Positions 8,919-19,150 of a DNA stretch of 36,097 nucleotides are shown in pieces. Both the position numbers and the translations under genes were made by a program. This DNA is from Candidatus Saccharimonadales bacterium. GTDB taxonomy: Bacteria; Patescibacteriota; Saccharimonadia; Saccharimonadales; SZUA-47. The stretch is from the NCBI GenBank assembly GCA_047611885.1, contig JBLFWT010000001.1, positions 1 through 36,097 on the forward strand, written 5' to 3'. Under the pieces are notes generated by a model. It worked only from the letters and a program-made list of their open reading frames with translations, did not search any database and was not told the origin of the DNA. Numbering within the stretch: position 1 is the first letter of the stretch; each line of letters starts with the position of its first letter.

Positions 8919-9706
8919 TGGCTATCGCAACTTACACAAAAGCAGGAGCTAAAGCTACTGTTGCAGCGAAGCTTGATAAAAGCGTTTTCGAAGTAGAGGC
9001 AAAGAACCACGAACTACTAAAGCAGGCTTACCATACATACCTAGCTAACGGCAGAGAGAACCTTTCTAAGACTCTACGCCGCGGTGAAGTACGTGGTGGT
9101 GGTAAAAAGCCTTGGAAGCAAAAGGGTACAGGACGTGCTCGTTTCGGTTCCATCCGTGTCCCAATATGGCGTGGTGGTGGTATCACTTTCGGCCCACTAG
9201 GTATCGAAAACTACTCAAAGAAGCTAAACGGCCCTGCTAAGCGAACTGCTATCAGACAGGCACTAACTCTTAAGTCTCAAGCTGGCGGCATCATTGTTAT
9301 AGACGATATCCAGGTAAAGGACGGCAAAACCAGTGCTGCTATAGCTCTACTGAAGAAGATTGGTGCGAATGGACGTGTACTCATAGCTGTTGAAAACAAA
9401 ACACCGGAACTAGTCCGCGCGTTTAATAACATACAGAAGACTGACATAACCCAAGCTTCCTACCTGAATACTTACTCTATTATGAACGCAGATACTTTGA
9501 TCATAACAACTAAAGCACTAGATCGCGTTCACGAGTGGTTAAGCAAGAAGAGCGTATCCGCTAAGTCAGATGCTAAAGCAAGTGTTAAACCTGCTACAAA
9601 GACTGCTACAAAGTCTGCGACTAAGTCTGCTGCAAAGTCTGCTGCAAAGCCAGTAACTAAAACTGCTGCAAAAACAGCTTCTAAGGCCAAGGAGGGCACT
9701 AAATAA
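8918..9706 (+). CDS. rplD: 50S ribosomal protein L4 with a roughly 55-aa K/A/T-rich C-terminal tail
   Basis: 262 aa with GGGKKPWKQKGTGRARFGS. The tail reads ATKTATKSATKSAAKSAAKPVTKTAAKTASKAK. It has a TAATG overlap with rplC. Confidence 0.97.
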   Translation: MAIATYTKAGAKATVAAKLDKSVFEVEAKNHELLKQAYHTYLANGRENLSKTLRRGEVRGGGKKPWKQKGTGRARFGSIRVPIWRGGGITFGPLGIENYSKKLNGPAKRTAIRQALTLKSQAGGIIVIDDIQVKDGKTSAAIALLKKIGANGRVLIAVENKTPELVRAFNNIQKTDITQASYLNTYSIMNADTLIITTKALDRVHEWLSKKSVSAKSDAKASVKPATKTATKSATKSAAKSAAKPVTKTAAKTASKAKEGTK

Positions 9707-10083
9707 TGAGTGCTATTACACTTAAGCCACGAATGAGCGAAAAATCTTATGCGATGAGCGATACAGGAGTCTACGTATTCGATATAGATCCTAGATACAA
9801 CAAGCATGAGATATCAGATGCTATCCAGTCCACATACGAAGTTACAGTCGTCAATATCCGTACTATCACTGTTAAGGGTAAAGTTAAAAGACTATACCGA
9901 AACCGACGTTACGAAACAGGGTCTAGAGCAACCTACAAGAAGGCGTATGTAACGCTAAAAGAAGGCGATGCTATACCTATATTTGCAGCTGTAGAAGAAC
10001 AACAGGAAAAAGCTGATAAAACAGCTAAACTAGTTGAAAAGTCCGCTGAGAAAAAAGCTAAAAAAGAGAAGAAGGATAAATAG
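9706..10083 (+). CDS. rplW: 50S ribosomal protein L23
   Basis: 125 aa in the canonical position between L4 and L2, with a Lys-rich tail. Confidence 0.93.
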   Translation: MSAITLKPRMSEKSYAMSDTGVYVFDIDPRYNKHEISDAIQSTYEVTVVNIRTITVKGKVKRLYRNRRYETGSRATYKKAYVTLKEGDAIPIFAAVEEQQEKADKTAKLVEKSAEKKAKKEKKDK

Positions 10084-10085
10084 TC

Positions 10086-10943
10086 ATGGCAGTAAAACTA
10101 TATAAACCAACTACTCCTGGCCGCAGAGGCATGACAACTCGTGATTTCTCTGAGATCACGACAAGTAAGCCGCTAAAAAGCCTACTAGTAACGAAGAAAA
10201 TTACTGCTGGTAGAAACAACAAAGGTAGAATTACCACTAGACATAAGGGTGGTGGCGTAAAACGGCACATCCGTAACCTGAACTTCAACCTAGCCGCAGG
10301 AACAGTAGCAACAATCGAACAGATAGAATACGATCCAGGTCGAAGTGCTAACATTGCTCGTATCAAAGACCAAGAGGGTGAGTTCCACTACATACTTGCT
10401 GCTAAGGGCATGAAAAAGGGAATGAAGATTGAATCAGGCGCTGAAGCTCCAGTATCTGTAGGTAACAGACTTCCTCTTAACAAGATCCCTGCAGGTTCAG
10501 TTATACACGCTATAGAGCTAACATCCGGTAGGGGCGCTCAAATGGTACGATCAGCTGGTAACAGCGCGCAGTTAATTGCTAAAGAGGATGACTACTGTCA
10601 AGTAAGACTACCTAGTGGTGAAGTACGTAAAGTATTATCTAACTGCATGGCTAGCATCGGTAACCTTGGAAACGAACAACACCAGAACGTTAAGTACGGT
10701 AAGGCTGGTCGAAAACGACTTATGGGAATCAGGCCTTCAGTACGTGGTGTAGTTATGAACGCAGCAGACCACCCGCACGGTGGTGGTGATGGTGGTAGAC
10801 ACGGAATCGGTGGTGGAGTTAACCATGGATCAGCTCCAAGAACACCTTGGGGACAGAAGACCCTTGGTTACAAGACACGTAGCCGTTCAAAGACAAGTAA
10901 TAAATTCATCGTGAAATCACGTCATGAAGCGAAGAGGAAGTAA
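10086..10943 (+). CDS. rplB: 50S ribosomal protein L2
   Basis: 285 aa with [19 protein letters not shown] and HPHGGGDG. Confidence 0.98.
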   Translation: MAVKLYKPTTPGRRGMTTRDFSEITTSKPLKSLLVTKKITAGRNNKGRITTRHKGGGVKRHIRNLNFNLAAGTVATIEQIEYDPGRSANIARIKDQEGEFHYILAAKGMKKGMKIESGAEAPVSVGNRLPLNKIPAGSVIHAIELTSGRGAQMVRSAGNSAQLIAKEDDYCQVRLPSGEVRKVLSNCMASIGNLGNEQHQNVKYGKAGRKRLMGIRPSVRGVVMNAADHPHGGGDGGRHGIGGGVNHGSAPRTPWGQKTLGYKTRSRSKTSNKFIVKSRHEAKRK

Positions 10944-10951
10944 GGGATTAT

Positions 10952-11218
10952 ATGTCTAGATCATTAAAAAAAGGTCCATTTATAGATCCAAAGCTAGCTA
11001 AGAAAGTAGCAGCTCTGGCTAAAGAAGACCGTACAATTATAAAAACTTGGGCTCGTGCATGTACAATTCCTCCGGAATTTGTGGGTCGCACAATAGCCGT
11101 TCACAATGGTAAAGTTCACGTTCCAGTATTCGTTACTGAAAACATGGTCGGCCACAAGCTAGGTGAGTTCTCACCAACACGTAAATTCCGTCGACACGGT
11201 GGAAAGATGGCTAAATAA
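10952..11218 (+). CDS. rpsS: 30S ribosomal protein S19
   Basis: 88 aa with [25 protein letters not shown]. Confidence 0.98.
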   Translation: MSRSLKKGPFIDPKLAKKVAALAKEDRTIIKTWARACTIPPEFVGRTIAVHNGKVHVPVFVTENMVGHKLGEFSPTRKFRRHGGKMAK

Positions 11219-11220
11219 TC

Positions 11221-11616
11221 ATGAGTAAACCAGTACTATCACTAGCTAAGGGAGTTTCACACAGCCCACGTAAGGTTTCAGAAGTAGCTTCTCTAGTTCG
11301 CAACCGAAGCGTGTCAGATGCTTTAACTATCCTAGAACACACACCGCGTCGTTCTGCTATTGCTGTATATAAAGCAATTGCCAGCGCAAGAGCTAACGCT
11401 GAACACAACCACAACTTCAAACCAGACACGCTACATATTACTGAAATTACTGTTACTGCAGGACCTAGAATCAAACGATTCCGACCAGCAGCTCACGGTA
11501 GAGCACTACCTTTCCAGCGTAAAACTTCTCACATTCGAGTTATTGTAGACGGCGAACAGCGTCAGAAAAAGACTAAAACAGCTGAAAAACCAGCAGTAAA
11601 GAAGGAAGGTAAATAA
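11221..11616 (+). CDS. rplV: 50S ribosomal protein L22
   Basis: 131 aa in the canonical position, with an L22-like core and a K-rich tail. Confidence 0.93.
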   Translation: MSKPVLSLAKGVSHSPRKVSEVASLVRNRSVSDALTILEHTPRRSAIAVYKAIASARANAEHNHNFKPDTLHITEITVTAGPRIKRFRPAAHGRALPFQRKTSHIRVIVDGEQRQKKTKTAEKPAVKKEGK

Positions 11617-11617
11617 T

Positions 11618-12247
11618 ATGGGCCAAAAAGTAAACCCAATTAGCATGCGCCTTCAGGTCAATAAGAACTGGCGTAGCAAGTGGTTTGCCAGTAAGCGAGA
11701 CTTCGCGTCTAAGCTGACTGACGACCTGAAAGTACGTAAACTTATAGATAAGAAAACTGGTACTCGTGCAGCTATCAACAAGGTAGAGATTGAACGTTCA
11801 CCAAACCAAGTTACTATAACTATCCAAACCGGTAAAGCCGGTGTAGTTATCGGTAGAGGTGGTTCTGGTGTCAACGAAATCAAAGCCGAAGCAGAGAAGA
11901 TTTACGACACACCTGTTAGAATCAACATCGAAGAAATCAAGAAGGCTGAGTTATTTGCTAAGCTAGTAGCTGAAAACATCGCTAACTCTATCGAACGCAG
12001 AATCGCTTTCCGTAGAGCTATCAAGCAAGCAAGTGCAGCTACAATGCGCTCAGGTGCCAAAGGTATTCGTATCGAAGTAGCTGGTCGTCTTAACGGAGCC
12101 GAAATGTCCCGTAAAGAAAAAGAAGTTCAAGGAAGCGTTCCACTACATACAATCCGTGCAGACGTAGATTACGCTCATGCAGGAGCACAAACACCTGCTG
12201 GAGTTATCGGTGTCAAAGTATGGATCTATAAAGGGGAGGCACTATAA
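11618..12247 (+). CDS. rpsC: 30S ribosomal protein S3
   Basis: 209 aa starting [12 protein letters not shown], with a KH-domain segment. Confidence 0.97.
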   Translation: MGQKVNPISMRLQVNKNWRSKWFASKRDFASKLTDDLKVRKLIDKKTGTRAAINKVEIERSPNQVTITIQTGKAGVVIGRGGSGVNEIKAEAEKIYDTPVRINIEEIKKAELFAKLVAENIANSIERRIAFRRAIKQASAATMRSGAKGIRIEVAGRLNGAEMSRKEKEVQGSVPLHTIRADVDYAHAGAQTPAGVIGVKVWIYKGEAL

Positions 12248-12248
12248 T

Positions 12249-12662
12249 ATGTTAGTCCCAAACAAAACTAAATTCAGAAAAGTACGAAAAGGTAAGAATA
12301 CAGGAGTTGCTACTAGGTGTAACTACATCGCACATGGTGATTACGGAATACAATCCCTTAGTAACGAACGTATTACTAGCAGACAGATCGAAGCTGCACG
12401 TCAAGCGATGACTAGGTACATCAAGCGCGGTGGACAGATCTGGATCAGAATTTTTCCTCATACACCTGTGACTCGTAAGCCACAAGATGTAAAAATGGGT
12501 AGCGGTAAAGGCAACCCTGAATACTTTGCAGCTAAAGTTCAGGCAGGAACAGTAATGTTTGAAATAGCCGGAGTTACTGAAGAACAAGCCCGTGAAGCAA
12601 TGAGACTTGCATCACACAAGTTGCCCGTAAAGACACGTTTCATATCTAGGGAGGTTGCTTAA
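12249..12662 (+). CDS. rplP: 50S ribosomal protein L16
   Basis: The start is moved to the ATG at 12249 ([16 protein letters not shown]), 1 nt after the rpsC stop. The ORF-track start at 12177 overlaps rpsC. Contains [10 protein letters not shown]. Confidence 0.96.
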   Translation: MLVPNKTKFRKVRKGKNTGVATRCNYIAHGDYGIQSLSNERITSRQIEAARQAMTRYIKRGGQIWIRIFPHTPVTRKPQDVKMGSGKGNPEYFAAKVQAGTVMFEIAGVTEEQAREAMRLASHKLPVKTRFISREVA

Positions 12663-12663
12663 C

Positions 12664-12867
12664 ATGAGTAAAATCGAAGAGATCAGAAACATGGATACTA
12701 CTAAGTTGGTAACGGCTAGCACTGCTCTAAGAGACGAGATAGCCGAAATACGACGTAGAGTTCACATGGGCGAAATGCAGAATACTCGTACATTACGTAT
12801 GAAGAAGAGAGAACTAGCTAGAATGCTGACAGTTCTAACAGAACAATTAAGTAAGGAGAACGCATAA
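12664..12867 (+). CDS. rpmC: 50S ribosomal protein L29
   Basis: The start is moved to the ATG at 12664 (MSKIEEIR), just after the rplP stop. It is in the canonical position. Confidence 0.9.
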   Translation: MSKIEEIRNMDTTKLVTASTALRDEIAEIRRRVHMGEMQNTRTLRMKKRELARMLTVLTEQLSKENA

Positions 12868-12868
12868 G

Positions 12869-13258
12869 ATGGCACGATCAATCGTAGGTACAGTTGTATC
12901 TGATAAAGCCGATAAGACTATCGTGTTGTCAGTTACTGTGCGTAAAACACACCCTATATATAAGAAGCAGTATTCCAGAAGTACTAAATATATAGCTCAC
13001 GACGAAAACAATGAAGCTAAGGTAGGCGACAAGGTGGAGGTAGTTGAAACACGACCAATATCAAAGCGCAAAAAACTGACTCTAACTAAGATTGTTGAAA
13101 AAGCAATGTTAACGGAAGCAGACCTAGTAGAGAACGTTACCTCTAAGGACGACGAAAAAGTAGCAAAGGCTACTGAAAAGATCGCTCCAGTGGTAAAAAA
13201 GGCTAAAAAAGCTGTTAAAGCTACTAAGGCCGACAAAGCTGAAGGGAGTGAAGCATGA
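12869..13258 (+). CDS. rpsQ: 30S ribosomal protein S17 with a K/A-rich C-terminal tail
   Basis: 129 aa with [16 protein letters not shown]...HPIYKK. It has the only TGA stop in the window, as an ATGA overlap with rplN. Confidence 0.95.
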   Translation: MARSIVGTVVSDKADKTIVLSVTVRKTHPIYKKQYSRSTKYIAHDENNEAKVGDKVEVVETRPISKRKKLTLTKIVEKAMLTEADLVENVTSKDDEKVAKATEKIAPVVKKAKKAVKATKADKAEGSEA

Positions 13259-13623
13259 TTCAACAAGAGTCACGCGTATCTGTCTGCGACAACAGCGGTG
13301 CTAAGGAGATTCTATGTATTAGAGTCCTTGGCGGTACGAGAAAGCGATATGCAAGAGTTGGCGATACAATAGTAGCGACAGTCAAGCAAGCAGCTCCAAA
13401 TGGAACTGTTAAGAAGAAATCTGTTGTCAGAGCCGTTATCGTAAGAACTAGAGATACTATCAGACGTAAAGACGGTTCTACAATAACTTTCGACGACAAC
13501 GCAGCGGTTATTATCGATGAAGATAAACTACCAAAAGCAACACGTATTTTTGGCCCAGTTCCACGAGAACTAAGAGAGCAAGGTTATTCTAAGATAATCA
13601 GTCTTGCGCCGGAGGTACTATAA
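13255..13623 (+). CDS. rplN: 50S ribosomal protein L14
   Basis: 122 aa starting [17 protein letters not shown]. Confidence 0.98.
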   Translation: MIQQESRVSVCDNSGAKEILCIRVLGGTRKRYARVGDTIVATVKQAAPNGTVKKKSVVRAVIVRTRDTIRRKDGSTITFDDNAAVIIDEDKLPKATRIFGPVPRELREQGYSKIISLAPEVL

Positions 13624-13976
13624 TGACTACCAAGCAAAAAAACGAAAAGACTACAGTATTTAACATCCGTATTAAAAAGGGTGACACAGTAGTAATCAGA
13701 AGCGGTAAATTTAAAGGCCAGACAGGTAAAGTCACTATGACTCACCCGAAGGAAAATAAAGTTACTGTAGAAGGCATCAACATAGTCAAAAGACACGTTA
13801 AGCCAACACAGCTAAAGCCACAGGGCGGAATAATTGAAAAAACTAAGCCAATGTGGGTGTCTAAAGTAGCTTTGATTGATCCAGCAGATAAGAAGCCTAC
13901 TAGAGTCGGATTCAAGTTCGATAAAGCAGGCAATAAGGTTCGTATATACAAGCGAAGCGGAAAGGAAGTGAAGTAA
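13623..13976 (+). CDS. rplX: 50S ribosomal protein L24
   Basis: 117 aa with a KOW motif, IKKGDTVVIRSGKFKGQTGKV. Confidence 0.95.
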   Translation: MTTKQKNEKTTVFNIRIKKGDTVVIRSGKFKGQTGKVTMTHPKENKVTVEGINIVKRHVKPTQLKPQGGIIEKTKPMWVSKVALIDPADKKPTRVGFKFDKAGNKVRIYKRSGKEVK

Positions 13977-14590
13977 TGGCTACCAAGACTACGGCGAAAG
14001 CTAAAACGACTACAAAAGCTAAAGTTACAGCTACTAATACGGATGTATCTCGTCTAAAGACACAATATACTGACACTTTCCGCGGCGAACTTGCTAAAGA
14101 ACTTGGCATAAACATCAACGAAGTTCCAAAACTACGGAAGATTTCAGTGAACGTAGGTATTGGACAAGCAAAGGACGACAAGAAGCTATTAGTTATTGTT
14201 GCTAACACACTTGCTAAAATTACAGGACAACAGCCAGTACCGACTACATCTAGGCTATCTATCGCAACATTCAAGCTACGTGAAGGTAGCAAAATTGGGA
14301 TGATGGTTACTCTAAGAGGAGACCAGATGTACGAATTCATGGACAGAGTTGTCAACATTGTACTGCCGAGACTTAGGGACTTCCACGGTGTTTCTAATAA
14401 GTCATTTGATGGGCAAGGAAACTTCAGTATCGGTTTTAGAGATCAGAGTGTATTCCCTGAACTAACATTTGAAGAAACTTCAACTCCTCACGGACTACAA
14501 GTAAACTTCGTGATCGATGCAGTTAAACCAGAACACGCAAAAGCACTATTAGATAAGTTTGGAATGCCATTCATGAAAGAAGGTAAGTAA
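13976..14590 (+). CDS. rplE: 50S ribosomal protein L5 (K/T/A-rich N-terminal extension)
   Basis: 204 aa with LPRLRDFHG. Confidence 0.96.
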   Translation: MATKTTAKAKTTTKAKVTATNTDVSRLKTQYTDTFRGELAKELGININEVPKLRKISVNVGIGQAKDDKKLLVIVANTLAKITGQQPVPTTSRLSIATFKLREGSKIGMMVTLRGDQMYEFMDRVVNIVLPRLRDFHGVSNKSFDGQGNFSIGFRDQSVFPELTFEETSTPHGLQVNFVIDAVKPEHAKALLDKFGMPFMKEGK

Positions 14591-14591
14591 C

Positions 14592-14861
14592 ATGGCCAGA
14601 AAATCAAACATAGCACGCGACCTTAAACGCGATAAAATGATCAAGAAATATGCAGCAAAGAGAGCTGAGCTAAAAGCCGCAGGAGATCTAGATGGACTTC
14701 ATCTACTACCTAAAAACAGTAGCCCATCAAGACAAAAAAACCGTTGCTCTGAGACAGGTAGGCCAAGAGCATACATGCGACAATTTGGACTATCTAGACT
14801 CTCATTCAGAGAGCACGCAAGCAAGGGTGAAATACCTGGCATAACGAAAGCAAGTTGGTAG
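14592..14861 (+). CDS. rpsN: 30S ribosomal protein S14 (long, zinc-independent type)
   Basis: 89 aa with [34 protein letters not shown]. Confidence 0.96.
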   Translation: MARKSNIARDLKRDKMIKKYAAKRAELKAAGDLDGLHLLPKNSSPSRQKNRCSETGRPRAYMRQFGLSRLSFREHASKGEIPGITKASW

Positions 14862-14869
14862 GAGTAATT

Positions 14870-15256
14870 ATGGTATCAACAGACCCAATAGCAGATATGT
14901 TAACAAGAATCCGTAATGCGATAGCAGTTCAGAAGACTGAAGTCAGCCTACCGCACAACGGTATCAAAGAAGCTGTAGCTAAAATCCTTAAGGAAAACGG
15001 CTACATTGCTAACATTAGCGTAAACAAAGAAGATTTCCGCAAGGAAATGACATTAGTACTACCTGAAATCGTTACAATAAACGAAATCAGCAGGATAAGT
15101 AAGCCAGGCCGTAGAGTATACGCAAAGGTTAACGATATACCTGTAGTTAAACAAGGACGTGGAATAGTAATCGTATCTACATCACAAGGCGTTATGGCCG
15201 GTGCAGATGCTAAAAAACAGAAACTTGGCGGCGAAATACTCTGCCAAGTATATTAA
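14870..15256 (+). CDS. rpsH: 30S ribosomal protein S8
   Basis: The start is moved to the ATG at 14870 (MVSTDPIADMLTRIRNA), with a GGAG SD upstream. Confidence 0.96.
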   Translation: MVSTDPIADMLTRIRNAIAVQKTEVSLPHNGIKEAVAKILKENGYIANISVNKEDFRKEMTLVLPEIVTINEISRISKPGRRVYAKVNDIPVVKQGRGIVIVSTSQGVMAGADAKKQKLGGEILCQVY

Positions 15257-15272
15257 GAAAAGGAATAGATAA

Positions 15273-15809
15273 ATGAGTCGTATAGGAAAACAGCCAATAG
15301 CAATCCCAGCTGGCGTGGTAATCACTGTCGACGAGAATGCCATTACGGTCAAAGGACCTAAAGGTGAACTCTCGCAGTTTACAATGCCCGGAATTATAGT
15401 TAAACAAGAAGGTGAAAACGTTCTTGTATCAAGGGAAACTGACGAGAAAGTACACCGTTCTAAGCACGGTCTAATGCGTACTTTAGTAAGCAATATGATC
15501 GATGGAGTCACTAAAGGCTTCGAAAAGAATCTAGAAATCAACGGAGTTGGTTTCAGAGTAGCTCTAGTAGGAACTACACTAAAGATGTTCCTAGGGTTCT
15601 CGCATGAAGTTGTATATGCACTTCCAGAAGGCATCGTAGCTAAAGTAGACAAAAACACTATAGCAATCAGTGGTATCAGCAAGCAACTTGTTGGACAGGT
15701 TGCAGCAGAAATTAGAGCATTGAAGAAGCCAGAGCCGTATAAGGGCAAAGGTATTCAATATGTAGGCGAACGTATACTACGTAAGTCTGGTAAGTCAGGT
15801 AAGGAATAA
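15273..15809 (+). CDS. rplF: 50S ribosomal protein L6
   Basis: 178 aa starting MSRIGKQPIAIPAGV. Confidence 0.97.
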   Translation: MSRIGKQPIAIPAGVVITVDENAITVKGPKGELSQFTMPGIIVKQEGENVLVSRETDEKVHRSKHGLMRTLVSNMIDGVTKGFEKNLEINGVGFRVALVGTTLKMFLGFSHEVVYALPEGIVAKVDKNTIAISGISKQLVGQVAAEIRALKKPEPYKGKGIQYVGERILRKSGKSGKE

Positions 15810-15811
15810 TC

Positions 15812-16165
15812 ATGAGTGAGTTAAAAAACAAGGCATTAAATGCCATCCAACGAGCATCACGTACACGATCCAACATCAGAGGTACAAAAGATCGACCAAG
15901 ACTAAGTGTCAATATTAGTAACAAGAATATTAGTGCTCAAATAATCAACGATGAGGACGGGACTACACTAGTAGCAACTTCAACAATTGGTGTTAAAGCT
16001 ACTGGTACAATGACTGAAAAAGCAGCGGCAGTGGGTGCGGAAATCGCTAAGAATGCTAAAACGAAGAAGATTAAGCTAGTAGCATTTGATAGAGGAAGCA
16101 AGAAATACCACGGAAGAATTAAAGCTCTTGCTGATGCAGCACGAGAGAATGGATTGGAGTTCTAA
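15812..16165 (+). CDS. rplR: 50S ribosomal protein L18
   Basis: 117 aa with RPRLSVNISNKNISAQIIND. Confidence 0.96.
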   Translation: MSELKNKALNAIQRASRTRSNIRGTKDRPRLSVNISNKNISAQIINDEDGTTLVATSTIGVKATGTMTEKAAAVGAEIAKNAKTKKIKLVAFDRGSKKYHGRIKALADAARENGLEF

Positions 16166-16167
16166 TT

Positions 16168-16728
16168 ATGCCTAAAAGAGAACAAAGAATGCCTAAGGAA
16201 GAAAAACAATTTGACGAGCGCGTAGTTGCTATCGACAGAGTTGCACGTGTTGTTAAGGGCGGACGCCGATTTAGATTTAGGGCACTAGTTGTCGTAGGTG
16301 ATCGTAAAGGTATGGTTGGAGCTGGTACTGCTAAAGGTACTGATGTAACTGCAGCTGTAGCTAAGGCAACAGATGTAGCGAAAAAGCAGATGTTCAAAGC
16401 ACCTGTTGAAAAAGGAACAATTCCTCACGAGCACGAAGCTAAAGTTTCAGGTGCAAAAATACTTCTCAAGCCTGCAGCACCAGGTACAGGCCTGATAGCA
16501 GGCGGTGTAGTGCGAGTAGTGCTAGAAGTAGCCGGAGTACGCGACGTATTGTCAAAATCACTTGGTTCAAGTAATAAGATCAACCTTACATACGCTACAT
16601 TAGAGGCACTAAGACAGATACAGCCAAAGGCTCTATGGAACACTACTGCTGTAGCAGCAGCAAAGAAAGCATCCAAGACTTCTAAAGCAGTACCTAAGAC
16701 TGCAGCGAAGAGTAAGGGGACTAAATAA
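16168..16728 (+). CDS. rpsE: 30S ribosomal protein S5 with a K/A-rich tail
   Basis: 186 aa with VVKGGRRFRFRALVVVGDRKGMVGAGTAKG. Confidence 0.97.
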   Translation: MPKREQRMPKEEKQFDERVVAIDRVARVVKGGRRFRFRALVVVGDRKGMVGAGTAKGTDVTAAVAKATDVAKKQMFKAPVEKGTIPHEHEAKVSGAKILLKPAAPGTGLIAGGVVRVVLEVAGVRDVLSKSLGSSNKINLTYATLEALRQIQPKALWNTTAVAAAKKASKTSKAVPKTAAKSKGTK

Positions 16729-17192
16729 TGAAGTTCAACGAACTAAAAACAACAAGAGCTAAAAAACGCATCAGGGCTGGACGTGGAATAGCAGCTGGAC
16801 GTGGAAAAACGGCTGGACGTGGAACTAAAGGACAACGAGCAAGAGCCGGAAATGGTAAAAAACCTGGATTTGAAGGTGGACAAAACCCTCTATACAAGAG
16901 AATACCTAAACTACGTGGATTTACACCATTTTGGGATAAACCAACTACGGTAACTACGTTGCAGCTAAGCCAGTTTAAGGGAGTAGTAGATAACTTCACC
17001 CTATACGAAGCACGCATACTTGCAGACCCATCCGACATTGCTAGAGTTGTAGTTCGCGGTGACTTGACTACTAAAGTAGACGTAAGGCTTCAAAGTGCAA
17101 GTGAAAAGGCTATAGATATCATTACTAAAGCTGGTGGATCGTTTCAAAAAACTCATAGAGTTAAAGCTGTCGGCAAAAGCGAAGATAAATAG
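16728..17192 (+). CDS. rplO: 50S ribosomal protein L15
   Basis: 154 aa with GRGIAAGRGKTAGRGTKGQRAR. Its ATG shares one base with the rpsE TAA, so no L30 gene lies between them. Confidence 0.96.
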   Translation: MKFNELKTTRAKKRIRAGRGIAAGRGKTAGRGTKGQRARAGNGKKPGFEGGQNPLYKRIPKLRGFTPFWDKPTTVTTLQLSQFKGVVDNFTLYEARILADPSDIARVVVRGDLTTKVDVRLQSASEKAIDIITKAGGSFQKTHRVKAVGKSEDK

Positions 17193-17211
17193 ATAATATA
17201 TCAGGACTGCC

Positions 17212-17220
17212 TGCTATAAT
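17212..17220 (+). promoter_or_regulatory. Extended -10 promoter (TGcTATAAT) for secY
   Basis: The motif lies in a 182-nt rplO-secY spacer. Confidence 0.45.
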
Positions 17221-17374
17221 TAAGTCATTCGAACAGGTAACTTTAAATTTTGAGGGTGTGTGATCTCCAAGACTTTCAGTGTCTCTAGCAAGACGTAAGC
17301 TACAAAAATATGTTGCGAACAGTCGATCGAGCCACACTAGTCAAGCAATCATACATATATAACGGGGTAAAACA

Positions 17375-18877
17375 GTGAATTGGAAAATAATCTGGAAATC
17401 ATTCAAGCATAGCGATATGAGAAATCGTATTCTAGGTGTATTGGGTATGTTGTTCATATTCAGAGTCCTAGCTCAAATACCTATTCCACTTGCTGATCCT
17501 ACTACACTTAAAGACCTGTTAAACACACTATTTACTGCTACACAAGACACGCAATTGTTCAGCTTCCTAGACGTAATTTCCGGTGGTGCGCTAGCTAACT
17601 TCTCGATAATGTTGATCGGACTAGGCCCGTACATTAATGCGAGTATCATCATGCAACTTCTTACACAAGCTATACCCAAGCTTGAAGCATTAAACAAAGA
17701 AGGCGAATTCGGGCGTAAGAAGATCAACCAATACACAAGAATGATCACGTTCCCATTAGCTATAGTTCAATCTGTAGGTGCCCTATTCTTAGTTAGGCAA
17801 CAAGCACAGAGTCTATCAGGTATAGATATAATTGCCGGAGCTGGTTTAGGTACGTGGATACTTATGATTTCTGCTTTAACTGGTGGAGCGATGCTACTTA
17901 TGTGGCTAGGAGAACTGGTTACCGAACAGGGTGTTGGAAATGGTATAAGTCTGTTAATTACAGCTGGTATAGTGTCTCAGCTTCCATCTACTATCGCTTC
18001 TATAACTAGCAGTATATTTACTGGTGAAAGTTCAGTGGCAATATTCGGAAAGACTATTAGCTATAGACCAGAATCTCTGTGGATAGCATTAGTCATATTG
18101 CTTTCAGTGATCGCTACTACATGGATAGTTGTCAAGCTGAACGAAGCTGCAAGAAATATTACTATTAACTACGCCAAGAGAGTTCAAGGAAGCAGAACAT
18201 ACGGTGGAGTTACGACAAAGCTTCCTGTGAAACTTATAACTGCAGGAGTGATACCAATTATCTTTGCTGTAGCGTTTTTGAGTCTACCGACGTTCATAGG
18301 CCAGATTATGGCTAATGACCCTAACTCACAGTGGTTTGAATTAGGCAACAACCTGCTGCTTTGGTTCGCACAACCTACATCTCAAACGTTTGCACTCCCT
18401 GGATTTACACCGTTTGTCTATCCAGTTGTTTATTTTGTATTGATCGTAGCGTTTACGTTCTTCTACACCAGCATTACATTCAATGCTAAGGAGATCGCGG
18501 AGAACCTGCAGAAACAAGGCGGCTTCATAGAGGGTATCCGGAGCGGCAACGACACAGAGAAATATCTAAGAAAAGTTGTGAACAGACTAACTCTGTTTGG
18601 GGCATTCGCACTAGGCTTCGTCGCTATGGGGCCTATCATAGGCAACTACTTCCTAAACACCAACATCACTATAGGTGGTACCAGTGTATTGATCCTTGTA
18701 GCTGTAGCGTTGGAGACCCTACGTCAAGTAGAGTCTAGAGCACTAATGGTCACTTATGACGACTATTCTACACCTGACTTCGTGTACGGTCCTGACAATG
18801 CGGCAGAAGCTGCTACAGGCGCTAGAAGACTGAAGCTACCGTCACTTCCAGCTCGTAAGAAAAAAGATAAGAAATAG
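17375..18877 (+). CDS. secY: Preprotein translocase subunit SecY
   Basis: 500 aa with a GTG start, 10 TM segments and GGALANFSIMLIGLGPYINASIIMQLL. It has a roughly 50-aa C-terminal extension ending in KKKDKK. Confidence 0.96.
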   Translation: MNWKIIWKSFKHSDMRNRILGVLGMLFIFRVLAQIPIPLADPTTLKDLLNTLFTATQDTQLFSFLDVISGGALANFSIMLIGLGPYINASIIMQLLTQAIPKLEALNKEGEFGRKKINQYTRMITFPLAIVQSVGALFLVRQQAQSLSGIDIIAGAGLGTWILMISALTGGAMLLMWLGELVTEQGVGNGISLLITAGIVSQLPSTIASITSSIFTGESSVAIFGKTISYRPESLWIALVILLSVIATTWIVVKLNEAARNITINYAKRVQGSRTYGGVTTKLPVKLITAGVIPIIFAVAFLSLPTFIGQIMANDPNSQWFELGNNLLLWFAQPTSQTFALPGFTPFVYPVVYFVLIVAFTFFYTSITFNAKEIAENLQKQGGFIEGIRSGNDTEKYLRKVVNRLTLFGAFALGFVAMGPIIGNYFLNTNITIGGTSVLILVAVALETLRQVESRALMVTYDDYSTPDFVYGPDNAAEAATGARRLKLPSLPARKKKDKK

Positions 18878-18900
18878 ATTTTGCTTTATAGAGGTCAGTC

Positions 18901-18909
18901 TGTTATAAT
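18901..18909 (+). promoter_or_regulatory. Extended -10 promoter (TGtTATAAT) for infA
   Basis: The motif lies 20 nt upstream of the infA ATG. Confidence 0.4.
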
Positions 18910-18928
18910 TCATCTTTGAATATAAGAT

Positions 18929-19150
18929 ATGGCAGCTAACAAGGAAGTAATTGAACTAACAGGGGTAGTGGTAGAGACTCTACCAGGAACCCAGTTCAAG
19001 GTAGAACTTGAAAACGGCCATCATATTATAGCCCATGTAGCCGGTAAGATGCGTAAGTATTACATACGCATAGTTCCAGGAGACAGCGTGACAGTAGAAT
19101 TGACACCTTATGATCTTACTAAGGGTCGGATTACTTACCGCAAAACCTAA
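18929..19150 (+). CDS. infA: Translation initiation factor IF-1
   Basis: 73 aa with [49 protein letters not shown]. Confidence 0.98.
   Translation: MAANKEVIELTGVVVETLPGTQFKVELENGHHIIAHVAGKMRKYYIRIVPGDSVTVELTPYDLTKGRITYRKT

Noticed and set aside
12177-12248. Upstream-extended starts given by the ORF track for rplP (12177), rpmC (12655), rpsH (14855), rpoA (20860) and the pseudouridine synthase (24269).
   Set aside because: The extensions overlap the preceding gene and add non-homologous residues. Internal ATGs that sit just after the upstream stop, mostly with SDs, reproduce the canonical N-termini.
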